Positions 1 to 14,100 of a DNA stretch of 64,000 nt are shown here, one piece after another (position 1 is the first letter of the stretch; each line of letters opens with the position of its first letter). Source of the stretch: Macrostomum lignano (lineage: Eukaryota); NCBI GenBank assembly GCA_002269645.1, contig NIVC01000781.1, positions 1 through 64,000 on the forward strand, given 5' to 3'. The position numbers and the translations under genes are program-made. Under the pieces are notes generated by a model, which was given only the letters and a program-made list of their open reading frames with translations, searched no databases and was not told the DNA's origin.

Positions 1-1251
1 GTTTCTTTCCAAGTCTAAGCCAGATTGGGATTTTCATTCCTCCGAGAGCTCTCTTGAGCTCAAGCGTCTATTTTTGTGTTCCTGTTAAAGTACAGGATAA
101 AAAGCTGTCGACGGTTAATCCCTAAGATTGTATAAATTCTGACAGTTACGAGGGATGCCTGATGCGTGCGTTGCGGGAAGGATATAATTTATTGCTATAC
201 AAGTTCTCATACTTACCATGGAAGCATAAATACAATCGAGAGGACTGAGCGCTCTTCTCCTACAGCCAAATTCATGTGTACAATTGCGATATAGCTGCTA
301 CGACTCTCTGCATGTTGACTTGCTATTGAAGCTATTGCATGTTCACTGGCTGTCCGTGAGTGCCTCTCATTGGCGCGGGCTTATGATCCTACATAGAGCT
401 TTTTTATTCTATTTCTCTCCCTCTCCCTCGACCAGGCTGCTGTTACAAGAGCTGGCTACTATAAGAGCTGTTCAGCTAACATACCTGCCTGGCTACAACT
501 GCATCCAGAATGAAGACGCCCGCTAGCAGTAGTTGCGAAGCCGCGTCACCAAGCACCAGAGAATTCGTCCGCCAGTCATTGCGCAGCTGCCTGTTGAACA
601 CGACACTTCGCGACCGCGTCGGATTGTCACGTCGGAGTACCGCTACTTGAGCTACTTCTGGACGGTTGTTTGCGCGGCTCCCTGTTGCTGCTCACTGTGC
701 ACTTTTACCAGCAGTGCAGACTTACCTGGCCTACCAGACCTACATGCTTCAGACGGATATGACACAGACTAATGCAGCGAAGTTCCCTACTGAGTTTCCC
801 GACATTGTGATCTGTCCGCACCAGATTTTCTCTAGCAGCGGCGCTACAATTGTGGATCAACAACACTGTGAACTCGCCGTGGAAGTGATTCGCGACTATA
901 AGACCCGAACCAATCGCACACTGATAAACTGCTCAAATTTTCAGAGACGGATCTCAGAATCCTGTTGGACTCGTTTAACTATCCGGCAACGTTGGGTTAT
1001 TATTTGAACAGTCTCACGATGAGGAGGTACTGAAGCTGGGCCGAGGCACCGACATGCTGATCGACTGTTCGGTGGCTACTAACGGCCGCAGGAGGACTCG
1101 GCACAACTGTCCAATCAAGCTGAGCAAAGTTATCTATAGGAAATATTTAGTGTGCCTGCAGGTGAGCAGTCAGTTGATGGTCCATTGCGCGGCATATTAT
1201 GCATAGTTAATTTGCTCTTGATTAATTGACTTTAAAACAAAGCCTCTAAAC

Positions 1252-1450
1252 CAGGGTCGGCAAACTTTTATCCCAAAGGCCAGATAGAGAACCTAGCGCA
1301 TGACTGCGGGCCAGAGAGAGGAGAGATGAGATTAGAGAGAATTGAGAGCTGAGAACAGACACGAACCCTGAGCAGGCGTGATTGCTATTGTGAAGTTTCA
1401 GAGGACCCGAGGGCCGGATAGAGAGGCTCATTGCAGGCCAGAGTTTGCCG
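1252..1450. mobile_element. hAT-like MITE
   Basis: CAGGGTCGGCAAACT at the left end and AGTTTGCCG at the right end form a terminal inverted repeat. The internal GGGCCGGAT...GAGAGGCT block recurs at about 3115-3175, and CAGGGGTCAGCAAACT recurs at about 46374. Confidence 0.55.
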
Positions 1451-3694
1451 AGTTTTCCCATGTTAATTACTCGTAAATTGATAATAAAACTTAATGAGTG
1501 ACTCTTCAACGCGTCCACTTACATGCCACGTCACTCAAACGAAGGCACGAAGACGAATGCGCCATGGGATGCTTGGGGTTGACCCTCATAGCTCGTATTA
1601 AGTTCGCGTCGCATGTGTAGGTGGATTTTCTCAGGGTTCAATACAATCAAATTCAAAATCAAAGTACTTTTTTAGGATTATTAATTTAATTTTTTACAAG
1701 CCTGTAAAAAGTGCATGCGCAGCGAATTTGGATGTCTAAACACAAAATGAAATCCCAAGTATTGCCAAAGGAACTAGTTCTTGGCATTGGAGAGTCTGGG
1801 AACGAACGGGAATCCATGGAATGCATTTTGCTGATGTGCGCGGCTGGCATATTTTTTAAGGCTTGGGGTTGGTTGGGGCTTCCCACTGAGTGAGGTTGCT
1901 GCTAATACCAGCTAGGCTAAAAAATCATTCATCAGAATGGACATATAGTCGGTCACACTGTTCCCTATACTGAAAATGTGTGCACTTCAATGATTCCTGT
2001 TTCGCATGAATTCATCGAGAGAGACTCCTATTTCCGTTTTAATTGTGCAGGTCGCTTTCGCCTGCACGTCTACCGGTATAAGGACTGCGATTCCAGTCAC
2101 TATTTATACCTGTAGGATGCCATTAAATTTACTGAGCTAGGTGAGGTACCTTGCCTGGGTTCAGAATTCTCTGTAAAGACCCTCAGCAACCTGAGACGAA
2201 TCAGCATGGTGTTCTGTTTCCTATCGATGAGCTCGAATGTTATTCGAGACGAGATGAAATTATAGAATTACAGATAATAATCTATGCTAGATTTCCCAAC
2301 TAAAGAGTTGAGCATGCTGCTCACTGCATCATGATTTCTTCTCTGGCAATTGGGGAAGGAATCAACTGAAACAGATCGATTTTATTCGATTAAGTCTACT
2401 TGGACACAGCAGACTGACTGCATTAGGGTAGGACGCGCGCAGAATGCGTCGGAGTTATAAAAGTACACAGAAAGTTCTGCACCATTTTGAGAACCGTCTC
2501 CACTTTTTGTCGGTTTGAAAACTGGGCTGAGTTTAACGCTTAATGAATAATTATCAACTTTGACTCCGGGGAGTTCAAAATTGACGGCTAATTTGACAGA
2601 CGGATCGGGGGGGGTAATTTTTCTACATAACTTCTAGCTCCGTTTTCGGAGCGTTTCCAGTTGTATTTTTAGCTCAGTGTTGGTGCTTGACTTTCAATGC
2701 GATTAATGGTAATATTTATTTTGACTATATTAGTAGCAATGTTGGCTCTGCTGCAGATAATATAGTTTTATAGGCAATGTCAACTCAGCTGCTATGCTAC
2801 AATAGCTACAACAGTACAGGTTAATATGTAGAACGCTGGAAAGTTTATGCATTTTGGCCTCCTTCAGGACTTTAAATTGTGAATATAACAGGTTTATCTT
2901 TATGATTTGTTTATCTGTCTGACCCTATAGCCCTCTAAGATATTCTCCAGCTATTTCTTTCTTTGTTAGAGAATGCTTTTCATCAATATAAAAGGCTTTT
3001 TCCAGCCGATTTTGTCCGTGGCAAACCTCGCCAGTTAGCACAACTAAAAATTAGGCGAATCTTTCGGAAATTCGTTTAGAGAGAAGGGAACTGAGAAAAG
3101 ACACAAATATTGATCGGGCCGGATTGCTGTGGAGTTTCAAAGGACCAGAGGGCCGGATGGAGAGGCTTCGCGAGCCTCTGTTTTTTCGACCGACCCCTGC
3201 TCTATACTCTAGTATACAGCTAGTTTTTAACACTCTTTTTGTGGCAAAATTTAGTCCAATATTCGATATATGTCAGATCAAAATACATGCCAATCAAATA
3301 TGCAGGTGACGGTGGATCAGAACGTGTCGCACAGCACGCACGAGGTGAATCTGTTCCTCGATTCCGGGCCTCGATGGGAGTCGCTGAGCTCGGAGTTCAT
3401 GCACCAGATGGTGTCCTTCATGCAGGACTATGAGCAGCTGGGCAGTGGCTTCACCCTGTGGCTTAAACAGCCTGGCAGGCCGTTCGACTCGCTGTCTAAA
3501 AGGATTTACCTACAGCCCGGCAGAGTCAGCCGGGTCACGTTCAAGGAGAGGATCGAGCTTAAAGTGCAAGGTGACTATTGTGTACCGTTTCAACTATAGA
3601 AAATTTCAACAACATCTCCAACTAAACTGTTTACATGTAGAGCAAGCTGTCACTAAAGATTTGTTTGTGTTCTTTGGGACATCTGTTTGGTGCT

Positions 3695-4398
3695 AAAGCC
3701 CCTGGTGCTAAAGCCCCTGGTGCTAAAGCCCCTGGTGCTAAAGCGCTGGTGCTAAAGCCCCTGGTGCTAAAGCCGCTGGTGCTAAAGCCCCTGGTGCTAA
3801 AGCCCCTCGTGCTAAAGCTCCTGGTGCTAAAGCCCCCATGCTAAAGCCCCTCATGCTAAAGCCCCTGGTGCTAAAGCCCCTGGTGCTAAAGCCCCTGGTG
3901 CTAAAGCCCCTTTTGCTAAAGTTCCTGGTGCTAAAGCCCCTGGTGCTAAAGCCGCTGGTGCTAAAGCCCCTAGTGCTAAAGCCCCTCGTGCTAAAGCCGC
4001 TGGTGCTAAAGCCCCCCATGCTAAAGCCCCTCATGCTAAAGCCCCTGGTGCTAAAGCCCCTGGTGCTAAAGCCGCTGGTGCTAAAGCCCCTGGTGCTAAA
4101 GCCCCTCGTGCTAAAGCCGCTGGTGCTAAAGCCCCTCATGCTAAAGCCCCTGGTGCTAAAGCCCCTGGTGCTAAAGCCCCTCATGCTAAAGCCCCTGGTG
4201 CTAAAGCCCCTCATGCTAAAGCCCCTCATGCTAAAGCCCCTGGTGCTAAAGCCCCTCGTGCTAAAGCCGCTGGTGCTAAAGCCCCTCATGCTAAAGCCCC
4301 TGGTGCTAAAGCCCCTGGTGCTAAAGCCCCTCATGCTAAAGCCCCTGGTGCTAAAGCCCCTCATGCTAAAGCCCCTCATGCTAAAGCCCCTGGTGCTA
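3695..4398 (+). repeat. 15-bp minisatellite (GTGCTAAAGCCCCTG)n in a DEG/ENaC intron
   Basis: Tandem unit read directly; it explains the LKPLV and RGFST ORFs. Confidence 0.95.
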
Positions 4399-4699
4399 TA
4401 GTCAGGCTTTTGCCGAAATGTCTAGCGCACATGCTGTTATTCACTAGCCACTTTTATACGTGTGTACTTTTTCGACTGTAATGAGCAGAATTCCCCAAAG
4501 GAGGGGCGTGCAGTAAGTCGTATTGACCAGTTGTTTAGTGTCTTCTTTTCTTTTCCAATTGCTGCTAATCCTATAGGCTATCTTTATAAGCTGCAAAAAA
4601 AGAATTTACCTTCAGATAAAAATAGGCTACAGCATGCAGTTTCAGTAGCAGAGTCTGTATTTTTTTATTTATATTACAATTTTATAAGAGCCTTATAGT

Positions 4700-4810
4700 T
4701 GGGGGACCGAGTACCCGGGTTCGAATCTGTGTGGATTACGGCACACGGTGCACATGCCTAACGATAAGAAAGTCAGGGCCGCTGTACACCCTGTGTGAGC
4801 GTGTGCGTGG
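4700..4810 (+). mobile_element. SINE-like fragment sharing a central domain with the 33.5/44.5 kb SINE family
   Basis: B-box GGTTCGAATC at about 4718, followed by CACATGCCTAACGATAAGAAAGTCAGGGCCGCTGTACACCCTGTGTGAG, which closely matches about 33685-33745. Confidence 0.6.
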
Positions 4811-5960
4811 TGATGGATCAGCGGGTTGACTGCCTTGATTTTGTCTTGCGATAGCGGCCGAATATCGAAAGGAAAATCTGACCTCGATCCGTTCAAAATT
4901 TTTTCTTTGTATTTGATCAGGTGAAATTTTAGCTTCAATTCACTAATCACAGTGCGAGCTAGTCAAGGTTTATATTCACCTTGATCCGAAAAGTGCAGCC
5001 CCCCAATTTGGATTTTAGTTGGCTTACAATTTCTCAGGAAAAATTACCTCAATATGAGTCACTAGATGATAGTGAAAGTGTCAGAACAGAAAGTGTCATA
5101 ACAGAAAGTGTCAGAACAGAAAGTGTCAGAACGGAAATTGTCAGAAAACGAAAGTGTCAGGATTCGAGCTGTCGGTAGTACCAGCGCATGAAGCCAGCTC
5201 ACCCCAATTCCCTATTCCAGGCCCATACCCGGGCAGCTGTGATCCCAGCACTGACTACTCGCAGCAGCAGTGCAGCCTGGCCGCATTCGTCCGCCACGTG
5301 CAGCGCCAATGCAGGTGCAATTATTACGAAGAGCGTTCGCACTGGGAGCCGCAGCTGCCGCACTGCACCGAACTGTTGGACAATCTGACTGAATCTCTGA
5401 TGCAGATCCGATGTGTTGATCAAGTTGAGCACAGCTACACTACCCGGCTGGCAAATCCTTGTCCAGTTGAGTGCCGTCAACCTCTGCTGATTCTATTAAT
5501 AATCGATAATTTGATACTTTTAAATGAGGAAATTATCAGGCTAGAAGTGAATCAATTAAAGTCGTAGATCTGAGCAAGTTACGAGTAGAAGGGTTGCAAT
5601 TTCTTGGTCTGCCCCGGCTAGAGATCTAGATAGGTTGGTGGTCTGAACCAATCAGAATGAACTACGAGCGTATATGTTCTAAACAATTAAAACACTTAAA
5701 GATCTGAGCCAATTAAACTGGGTAGTCAATTAAACAAAGTTCTGAACCAATTAAAATTCGAGGATTGCAGATCTGTAGGCCAATCAGATAAAAAAAGAGA
5801 ATACAAAAATCTTTTCCAGGTGCCTTGCCGGAGACATTTATTCAACATGGATGTCAGCAGCGCAGACTTGGACTTGCCGCGCTGGTTTCTCTGCTTTTTA
5901 CAGCGGCCAATTTTTCAGAATCTCAACACCAGCAATTCTTTGCACAAGTGAGTTGAATTT

Positions 5961-6282
<322 letters not shown>

Positions 6283-6847
6283 GCAGCCATCCCCAACCCC
6301 TCCCAGCTGCCTGGACAACATGAGTCGGTGCAGTGAATACGCCACTCAGCTGGTTCGCTACGTGAGCTCAACAGAGGACAACCTGACCGCGGTGAACCAG
6401 GTGCTGGACAACTGCAACTTGTCGCTATTTGTCAATGTGCCCCTCAACCAGGTGGTCAGTGTGGTTCTGTACCGCGACGGCGACCTACCTGTTGTGCTTC
6501 GTCAGCAGTACATCGTCACGCCTTCATTGCTATTCAGTCAAATCGGTGGCGCCTCCAGCCTCTACCTGGGCCTGTCGCTCACCTTCTTTGCCGAGATTAT
6601 CGACTGGCTGGCCAGGTTAATTATGCACTGGATGCGGCCTTCGGGCAAGGCCACCGCTGCACAGCAGGGGGCCGATGTGAGTGCCGCAGCTATGATAGGC
6701 TTAACTATTGCAGATGACACTGTAGCAGCGGACTTGTAGTGACAGTGCAGCATTCTGCTATTCATACAGATTACCATGTTATATGCTCTTATTTGAGCTG
6801 GCTTGTTGTATTGCTTCAACATGTAGTTCATGCTACATGCATGGTTT

Positions 6848-7090
6848 TGAGGTCTGGGGTGCTCGGGTTTTGAGTCTGGGGTGCTCGGGTTTAAAGTCTG
6901 GGGTGCTCGGGCTTTGAGTCTGGGGTGCTCGGCTTAAAGTCTGGGGTGCTCGGGTTTTGAGTCTGGGGTGCTCGGTTTTGAGTCAGGGGTGCTCGGGTTT
7001 AAAGTCAGGGGTGCTCGGGTTTTAAGTCTGGGGTGCTTGGGTTTTGAGTCTGGGGTGCTCGGGTTTTGAGTCTGGGGTGCTTGGGTTTTG
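6848..7090 (+). repeat. About 22-bp minisatellite (GGGGTGCTCGGGTTTTGAGTCT)n
   Basis: Read directly; lies downstream of the DEG/ENaC stop codon. Confidence 0.9.
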
Positions 7091-7983
7091 AGGTGTGGAA
7101 TGTTCAGATGGTGAAATGTCAAGGGTTTTTCGATGCAGTTAATTATATTTTTCACTTCTTGCCTTCTTTTTCTGTCTTATTTGTTATTCATTGCGCTTAT
7201 TCAAGGGAATAACTGTCAATGTAATGTAAATAAAATATAACTTTTAACTTGTTATCATATTAATCATATTCATATTCCCAAGTCATTCAAGTAAGTTTCT
7301 TAGCATGAATTGGTTATGTCCCATAGAGTCAATGCCTGTGTTCATGCCTGGTGGCATGATGCACTTGATCTAAAAAGTGTCAAAGCTTTTTTAAACAAGA
7401 TTATTTGTCACTGATAAGAAATGCAGCTGTTGGCTCTGAACTTATCACGCCACTGCCTCATGCTGATTAGAGAATTGATTGACAAGGTCAACCTTTGTTG
7501 TTCGCCATGTTATTTAGCCCGCTTAAAAAATAGCGGTTGTCAGTCATTGTTGCAATCTTGACAAAACATGGCTAGCTTTTTCCGCTATCTCTGAACCGAG
7601 TGGCTCATTTAGTTTTTTTAATGCGAATATTTTTTCTCTGCGCAGCTGAGACCGCCTTCATTGTAGAAGTTCATCGAGTAGTGTGATAACGCACTGGGTA
7701 TAAAATACTGGCAGCCAACGCCGCTATAAATCCAGTCCCTGGTCCCAGACAGCGGAAGACTAAACAACTGCTTTACGGCTTGCCTGTTTGTAAAATATTT
7801 CTGCTTTTGTACTTTGCACTTCCAGGTGAGTAGTAGGAAACTGCTTCTCTTCTGAGCATTTTAATACTGGCATTGATGCACTTTGTAGACAGTTATACAG
7901 AAATGTCTCCTTGTCATGTACCTGGAGATTTCTGATTGCTTGTTTTGCCTGCAATCCCCCTCCCTGAAATCTCTCACCCTTTC

Positions 7984-10030
7984 ATCCGTCTCCCTTCAAT
8001 CAGTCTCCCTTCAATCCGTCTCCCTTCAATCCGTCTCCCTTCAATCCGTCTCCCTTCAATCCGTCTCCCTTCAATCCGTCTCCCTTCAATCCGTCTCCCT
8101 TCAATCCGTCTCCCTTCAATCCGTCTCCCTTCAATCCGTCTCCCTTCAATCCGTCTCCCTTCAATCCGTCTCCCTTCAATCCGTCTCCCTTCAATCCGTC
8201 TCCCTTCAATCCGTCTCCCTTCAATCCGTCTCCCTTCAATCCGTCTCCCTTCAATCCGTCTCCCTTCAATCCGTCTCCCTTCAATCCGTCTCCCTTCAAT
8301 CGTCTCCCTTCAATCGTCTCCCTTCAATCCGTCTCCCTTCAATCCGTCTCCCTTCAATCGTCTCCCTTCAATCCGTCTCCCTTCAATCCGTCTCCCTTCA
8401 ATCCGTCTCCCTTCAATCCGTCTCCCTTCAATCCGTCTCCCTTCAATCGGTCTCCCTTCAATCCGTCTCCCTTCAATCCGTCTCCCTTCAATCGTCTCCC
8501 TTCAATCCGTCTCCCTTCAATCCGTCTCCCTTCAATCCGTCTCCCTTCAATCAGTCTCCCTTCAATCCGTCTCCCTTCAATCCGTCTCCCTTCAATCGGT
8601 CTCCCTTCAATCCGTCTCCCTGCAATCCGTCTCCCTTCAATCCGTCTCCCTGCAATCCGTCTCCCTTCAATCCGTCTCCCTGCAATCCGTCTCCCTTCAA
8701 TCCGTCTCCCTGCAATCCGTCTCCCTTCAATCCGTCTCCCTTCAATCAGTCTCCCTTCAATCGTCTCCCTTCAATCCGTCTCCCTTCAATCAGTCTCCCT
8801 TCAATCCGTCTCCCTTCAATCCGTCTCCCTTCAATCCGTCTCCCTTCAATCCGTCTCCCTTCAATCCGTCTCCCTTCAATCCGTCTCCCTTCAATCCGTC
8901 TCCCTTCAATCCGTCTCCCTTCAATCGGTCTCCCTTCAATCCGGCTCCCTTCAATCCGTCTCCCTTCAATCCGTCTCCCTGCAATCCGTCTCCCTTCAAT
9001 CCGTCTCCCTGCAATCCGTCTCCCTTCAATCCGTCTCCCTTCAATCAGTCTCCCTTCAATCGTCTCCCTTCAATCCGTCTCCCTTCAATCAGTCTCCCTT
9101 CAATCCGTCTCCCTTCAATCCGTCTCCCTTCAATCCGTCTCCCTTCAATCCGTCTCCCTTCAATCCGTCTCCCTTCAATCAGTCTCCCTTCAATCCGTCT
9201 CCCTTCAATCCGTCTCCCTTCAATCGGTCTCCCTTCAATCCGTCTCCCTGCAATCCGTCTCCCTTCAATCCGTCTCCCTTCAATCCGTCTCCCTTCAATC
9301 CGTCTCCCTGCAATCCGTCTCCCTTCAATCCGTCTCCCTTCAATCCGTCTCCCTTCAATCCGTCTCCCTTCAATCAGTCTCCCTTCAATCGTCTCCCTTC
9401 AATCCGTCTCCCTTCAATCAGTCTCCCTTCAATCCGTCTCCCTTCAATCCGTCTCCCTTCAATCCGTCTCCCTTCAATCCGTCTCCCTTCAATCCGTCTC
9501 CCTTCAATCAGTCTCCCTTCAATCCGTCTCCCTTCAATCCGTCTCCCTTCAATCCGTCTCCCTTCAATCCGTCTCCCTTCAATCCGTCTCCCTTCAATCC
9601 GTCTCCCTTCAATCCGTCTCCCTTCAATCCGTCTCCCTTCAATCCGTCTCCCTTCAATCAGTCTCCCTTCAATCCGTCTCCCTTCAATCCGTCTCCCTTC
9701 AATCAGTCTCCCTTCAATCCGTCTCCCTTCAATCCGTCTCCCTTCAATCCGTCTCCCTTCAATCCGTCTCCCTTCAATCCGTCTCCCTTCAATCCGTCTC
9801 CCTTCAATCCGTCTCCCTTCAATCCGTCTCCCTTCAATCCGTCTCCCTTCAATCCGTCTCCCTTCAATCAGTCTCCCTTCAATCCGTCTCCCTTCAATCC
9901 GTCTCCCTTCAATCCGTCTCCCTTCAATCCGTCTCCCTTCAATCCGTCTCCCTTCAATCCGTCTCCCTTCAATCCATCTCCCTTCAATCAGTCTCCCTTC
10001 AATCCATCTCCCTTCAATCCCTCTCCCTGC
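7984..10030 (+). repeat. 15-bp minisatellite (CCGTCTCCCTTCAAT)n, about 2 kb
   Basis: Read directly; explains the 709-aa and 731-aa artefact ORFs. Confidence 0.97.
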
Positions 10031-10134
10031 AGCCCCACTCCCTAATTCGTATTCTTGCAATCCCCCTAAAAAAAATCACCAGTCTTCCCACTCCTCGATC
10101 CCACAGCGAATTCCCACCATCAACAATTTAAGTC

Positions 10135-11185
10135 ATGCCGAACAAGAAGTCGCCGCAGCGCCGAATTCTAATTGCAATGGACGGCAGTCTGTACAGCCGT
10201 CGAGCTCTCGAGTGGTACTCGGAGTTTCTGGACCGGCCGGGGGACTACCTGGTGTTCGTGTACGTGGCCGAGCCGCCGCCTGTTGGTGTGGGCGACGGTA
10301 TGGGCATGATCAGGTCCGCTGAGCTGTTTCAAAAACGGCTGGAAGCCATGGTGGAGCGAGCCAGGTGCGTGTTATCGGATATCTATATATCAGTCATAGT
10401 TTTCCCCACGGTAATAAATTTAATAGGGGAGGTCACTGCTCCCTACATTCCTAACTCCCTACATTCCTAACTTCCTACATTCCTAACTCCCTACATTCCT
10501 ACCCCCTACATTCCTACTCCCTACAGTCCTACTCCCTACATGTCTACTCCCTACACTCCTACTCCCTACATTCCTAACTCCCTACGTACATTCCTACTCC
10601 CTTACATTCCTAATCCCTAGCTACATTCCTACTCCCTACATTCCTACTCCCTGCATTCCTACTCCCTGCAGTCCTACTCCCTACATTCCTACTCCCTGCA
10701 GTCCTACTCCCTACATTCCTACTCCCTGCAGTTCTACTCCCTGCAGTTCTACTCCCTACATTCCTACTCCCTACATTCCTACTGCCTCTTCCAGGCAGAT
10801 GGCCACCCTGCTAGATGAGAAATGCGTCCAGCTGGGCATCAGCCGGCCCTACAAATTTGTCGAATGCTTCGCTTCCAATGTTGGAGCTGCCATAATCAGC
10901 TTAGCCGAGCAGGAGTCCGTCAGCTTGATTCTGATGGGCAATCGAGGAGCGAACTCTCTGCGTAGGACCTTCCTGGGCAGTGTGTCTTCCTACGTGCTGC
11001 ATCATTCCTCAATTGCCGTCATCATTGCACCGTTGAAGCCGGAGCCGCGGAACTCGCTGGCCAGTACAGACACGAGCTGGACAACTTCAACTGGCTCACA
11101 GTTGTCCATCACCACTCTGTCAGCTGATGATTCCATTGATGATGATGGTGCGATTGCATCGACTGCCAATGCTCGGGCTTGCTGA
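10135..11185 (+). CDS. Universal stress protein (UspA family), 2 exons, about 206 aa
   Basis: Exons 10135-10364 and 10795-11185 join through a phase-2 GT-AG intron. N-terminal RILIAMDGS; C-terminal ILMGNRGANSLRRTFLGSVSSYVLHHS (G-x-x-G-x9-GS motif). AATAAA at 11265-11270. Confidence 0.92.
10437..10783 (+). repeat. 15-16-bp minisatellite (CCTA(A)CTCCCTACATT)n in the USP intron
   Basis: Read directly. Confidence 0.9.
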
Positions 11186-14100
11186 GCGCAAAATCCTATA
11201 ATGTATATGGACGCTAATAAGCTGCACGTACTGCTATGCATGTAGCTAAGAAATGTTTGCTATAAATAAACATTTACATGTCGGATACACAACATATTCT
11301 GTAAATATATGCATTATGCAATTTCTTGAAAATGAACTTCTTCAAACAATACTTTTATGATACAATTATCAATTCTAATAAAAATGTTTTTGCATGATGA
11401 TTTACACATGGGGAACTCCAACGCTACATGCGAAATTGACTTGTACACCTGGATCGAATCATCGAGCTACGTTGGTAGTATGACCTTCAGCATGTGTACA
11501 CTGTAAATTGCATAAGGTCATGATTAGAGAAAAAAAGCTTTTACTAGACTGGTGATCAAATTGCACGAGCGTTATACATGTTGCTCGACTCGAGAAATTT
11601 TTGCCTAGTTTCATCTAAGTGTTATTTTGCTACTCAGAAGAATTAAGTAGTAAAATAGGGAAAAACTAAGGGTCTACTGCAGCTATTCAGAAATTGCATA
11701 AAGTTATAAAGTTCAGCCTACAAAATATATATGTTTGATATCAGATCGAGTTGCAGAGTCCTTAAGTAGTCATTGTTTCTGCTTCCGATGATTGCGTATA
11801 CATAGAAGTGCTCGTATGATAAAAATTTTCAGCATTGACTAATTTGGCTAATAAATTAAATTAAGAAATCGGTTCCACCGAGTCCTGGCTGCTGCATGCT
11901 TAATTAGTTGAATTATGCCTAAAAAATGCACTCTGACCAAATATTTAATAAAATCAAGTAAATGAAGCGTATTTCTTGTTCAGAGGCGGATTTAGAAATA
12001 TAAAATTGGGGGCGGATTTTTACCATAAAAGTGGGGCGTCAAAATGTACACGAGAGGGGCGCCATGATATAGCCGAGAGGGTGCCATGCTGAGCAAATAG
12101 AGGGCGGTGAGGACCTTTTTTAGCCTAAAGGAAAAGGGGCACTATCATCGCCAACCACAAGGGGGAGCGGCCCCGCGCCCTTGTTGGACTTGTTGGAAAC
12201 TATCTTTAATCTTACACTCTCATACCGTTATACGCGTTCAAAAGCGTTATGGCCTTTGCACAGTAAAATATGGCAAAATTTTAAACAATAAATGCGTTCT
12301 TAGAAAGTGTAAAAATTTTCAAGCAGTATTGCAATTGGCGTCAAAGCCATAAAAACATGATGTTAAAAGAGTCACTGACAGCATAGGCAGTTCTGACAGT
12401 GACAGAGTATGGCACAATTATCCTGTGATGAGTTAACGAATTACTACACATTCAACTTTGAAAGAACATTATATAAAAGTCAAATTTAATTTAAATAAAG
12501 ATTCAGGTTAGGCCTACGGCTTACGCGTTAGTGTTTTCTATGCCTGAACGCAGCAGAACTGGATAATTCAAAGCAAATTTAAATCACTGAAAAAGTGCTA
12601 TAACTTAAGGCCTAGCATATAAAATATCATTGGCTATTCAATTGCCTATTGCTATTAGGCTACTTTGTTAGGATCTATTGAATCTCTCTCGAAAATAGAT
12701 CCATGCCAAAAATTGCTGGTGTAAATTTGGATTAGCGGGTTGCAAGTTTGTTTATAGTTGGCATACTATTTCTACTCCATATTGGGCATAAGAAGTCATT
12801 TAAAAAACTTAGGGCTTGGCATAAACTTTTAATCTATGGTTTGTTCATTCTATTTCAGATGACAGTGCAGTGACTTGTTTAGGGCCTATTGTATGATCTC
12901 CACTGCATTGGGGTAGATACCAAGCTAGGATTTAGATTGTGTAGTAGTGCATGCTAGAATGCAAATCCTATTTTAGCTATACTAATGCATACCAATGGCA
13001 ATTGGCAATATATAAATATATGCCAAAAATGAAAAGGTAAAAAAATCTCTAAATTTTCTAACCATAAAAAACTGCAAGGGGCAAGCAATTGGGATTAATG
13101 TCCCTAATTTTGCTAGGGCCTAGGATTCAAATGTTTTGGACTTTAGGATTTGTCCTATCCTATCACTAATTAGAAATAGATTTGGAGGTATAAATAAATA
13201 AGGACAAATTTTAATCATAAATCGCAAGAATAGAGGCATCATAACATAACATGCACTAGAATAAAGGCACTATTATACTAAGCATTGTAAGCAAACTGAG
13301 GGTAATAAGGACTTTTTTATGATGACTTGAGCTTAAGCTTAATAGTATAAATTTAGCTAGGCAACTTTTATGCTTATGTTTTTTGGCACTTATATCTTTT
13401 TCCTATTTTAGTATAATAGGCTTTGTTTTTAGTAGGCAAAGTTTCCTAATTTCAAAACTATTATTTTGATCAGCTTTAGGGCTGGTACTTGCTTTTGCAT
13501 TAATTATTTCAAGTAGTAAATAGCAACTTTGAAATAGCCCTAAATTGGAGACCTAATAGACTTAACCATTTAGCCAATCTAGCCACAATCTTTACAATGG
13601 GATCCATAAGACAAAAACATAAAATATAAGATGAAAATATGTGAAAAAAACACTCTCTTCTAGAAAATTTAAGAGAAAAAAGAAACAACATAGTTAATTA
13701 AAAAATAATAATAAGAGAGAGTATTAGATACTTAAAGCCGAAAAAAATAGAAGATTTAAATTGCATGCAAAACAGATCTGACACAGATATAGGTATGCCA
13801 TACTGGCCTAGTAAACTTTAAGTTAGGCATTAGGGTAGATAATTTAGCTAAGGCTTGAATTTAAATATAGGTAGCAATTGTTGAAAGGGCACAAGGCTCA
13901 CTCAAAAATCATATTAGTTTATATTCTACCCTATTGAGTTTGCATAATTTAATGGGTCTATAAACTTTGCCAGCAAGAAAGTTGCCAGTTAAGAAAATTT
14001 CCAGTAGGAAAGATTCTAGCTTAGAATTTCAACAGCTTATCACAATTATAAATCAACAAGCTGTTGAAACCCGCGGATTTTGAACCCGGGGAACTCCATT

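Noticed and set aside
2051-2143. Possible extra DEG/ENaC exon bounded by CAG| and |GTGAGG
   Set aside because: It has stops in all three frames, and the flanking exons already join in phase 0.
2170-2190. GTAAAGAC, resembling part of a flatworm spliced-leader sequence
   Set aside because: The match is too short, with no leader 3' end, donor site or Sm site.
7916-10131. 709-aa and 731-aa ORFs, and similar long ORFs at 3738-4401, 14219-16230, 20502-22324, 35712-38196 and 56070-63971
   Set aside because: They are translations of tandem or low-complexity repeats that lack stop codons by unit composition and have no domain content.
11300-11307. Pumilio-binding element TGTAAATA in the USP 3' region
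   Set aside because: A single 8-mer is expected by chance in AT-rich DNA, and it lies after the first AATAAA.
11981-12190. CAGAGGCGGATTTAG, resembling a DNA-transposon end
   Set aside because: No matching inverted end or second copy is present in the window.
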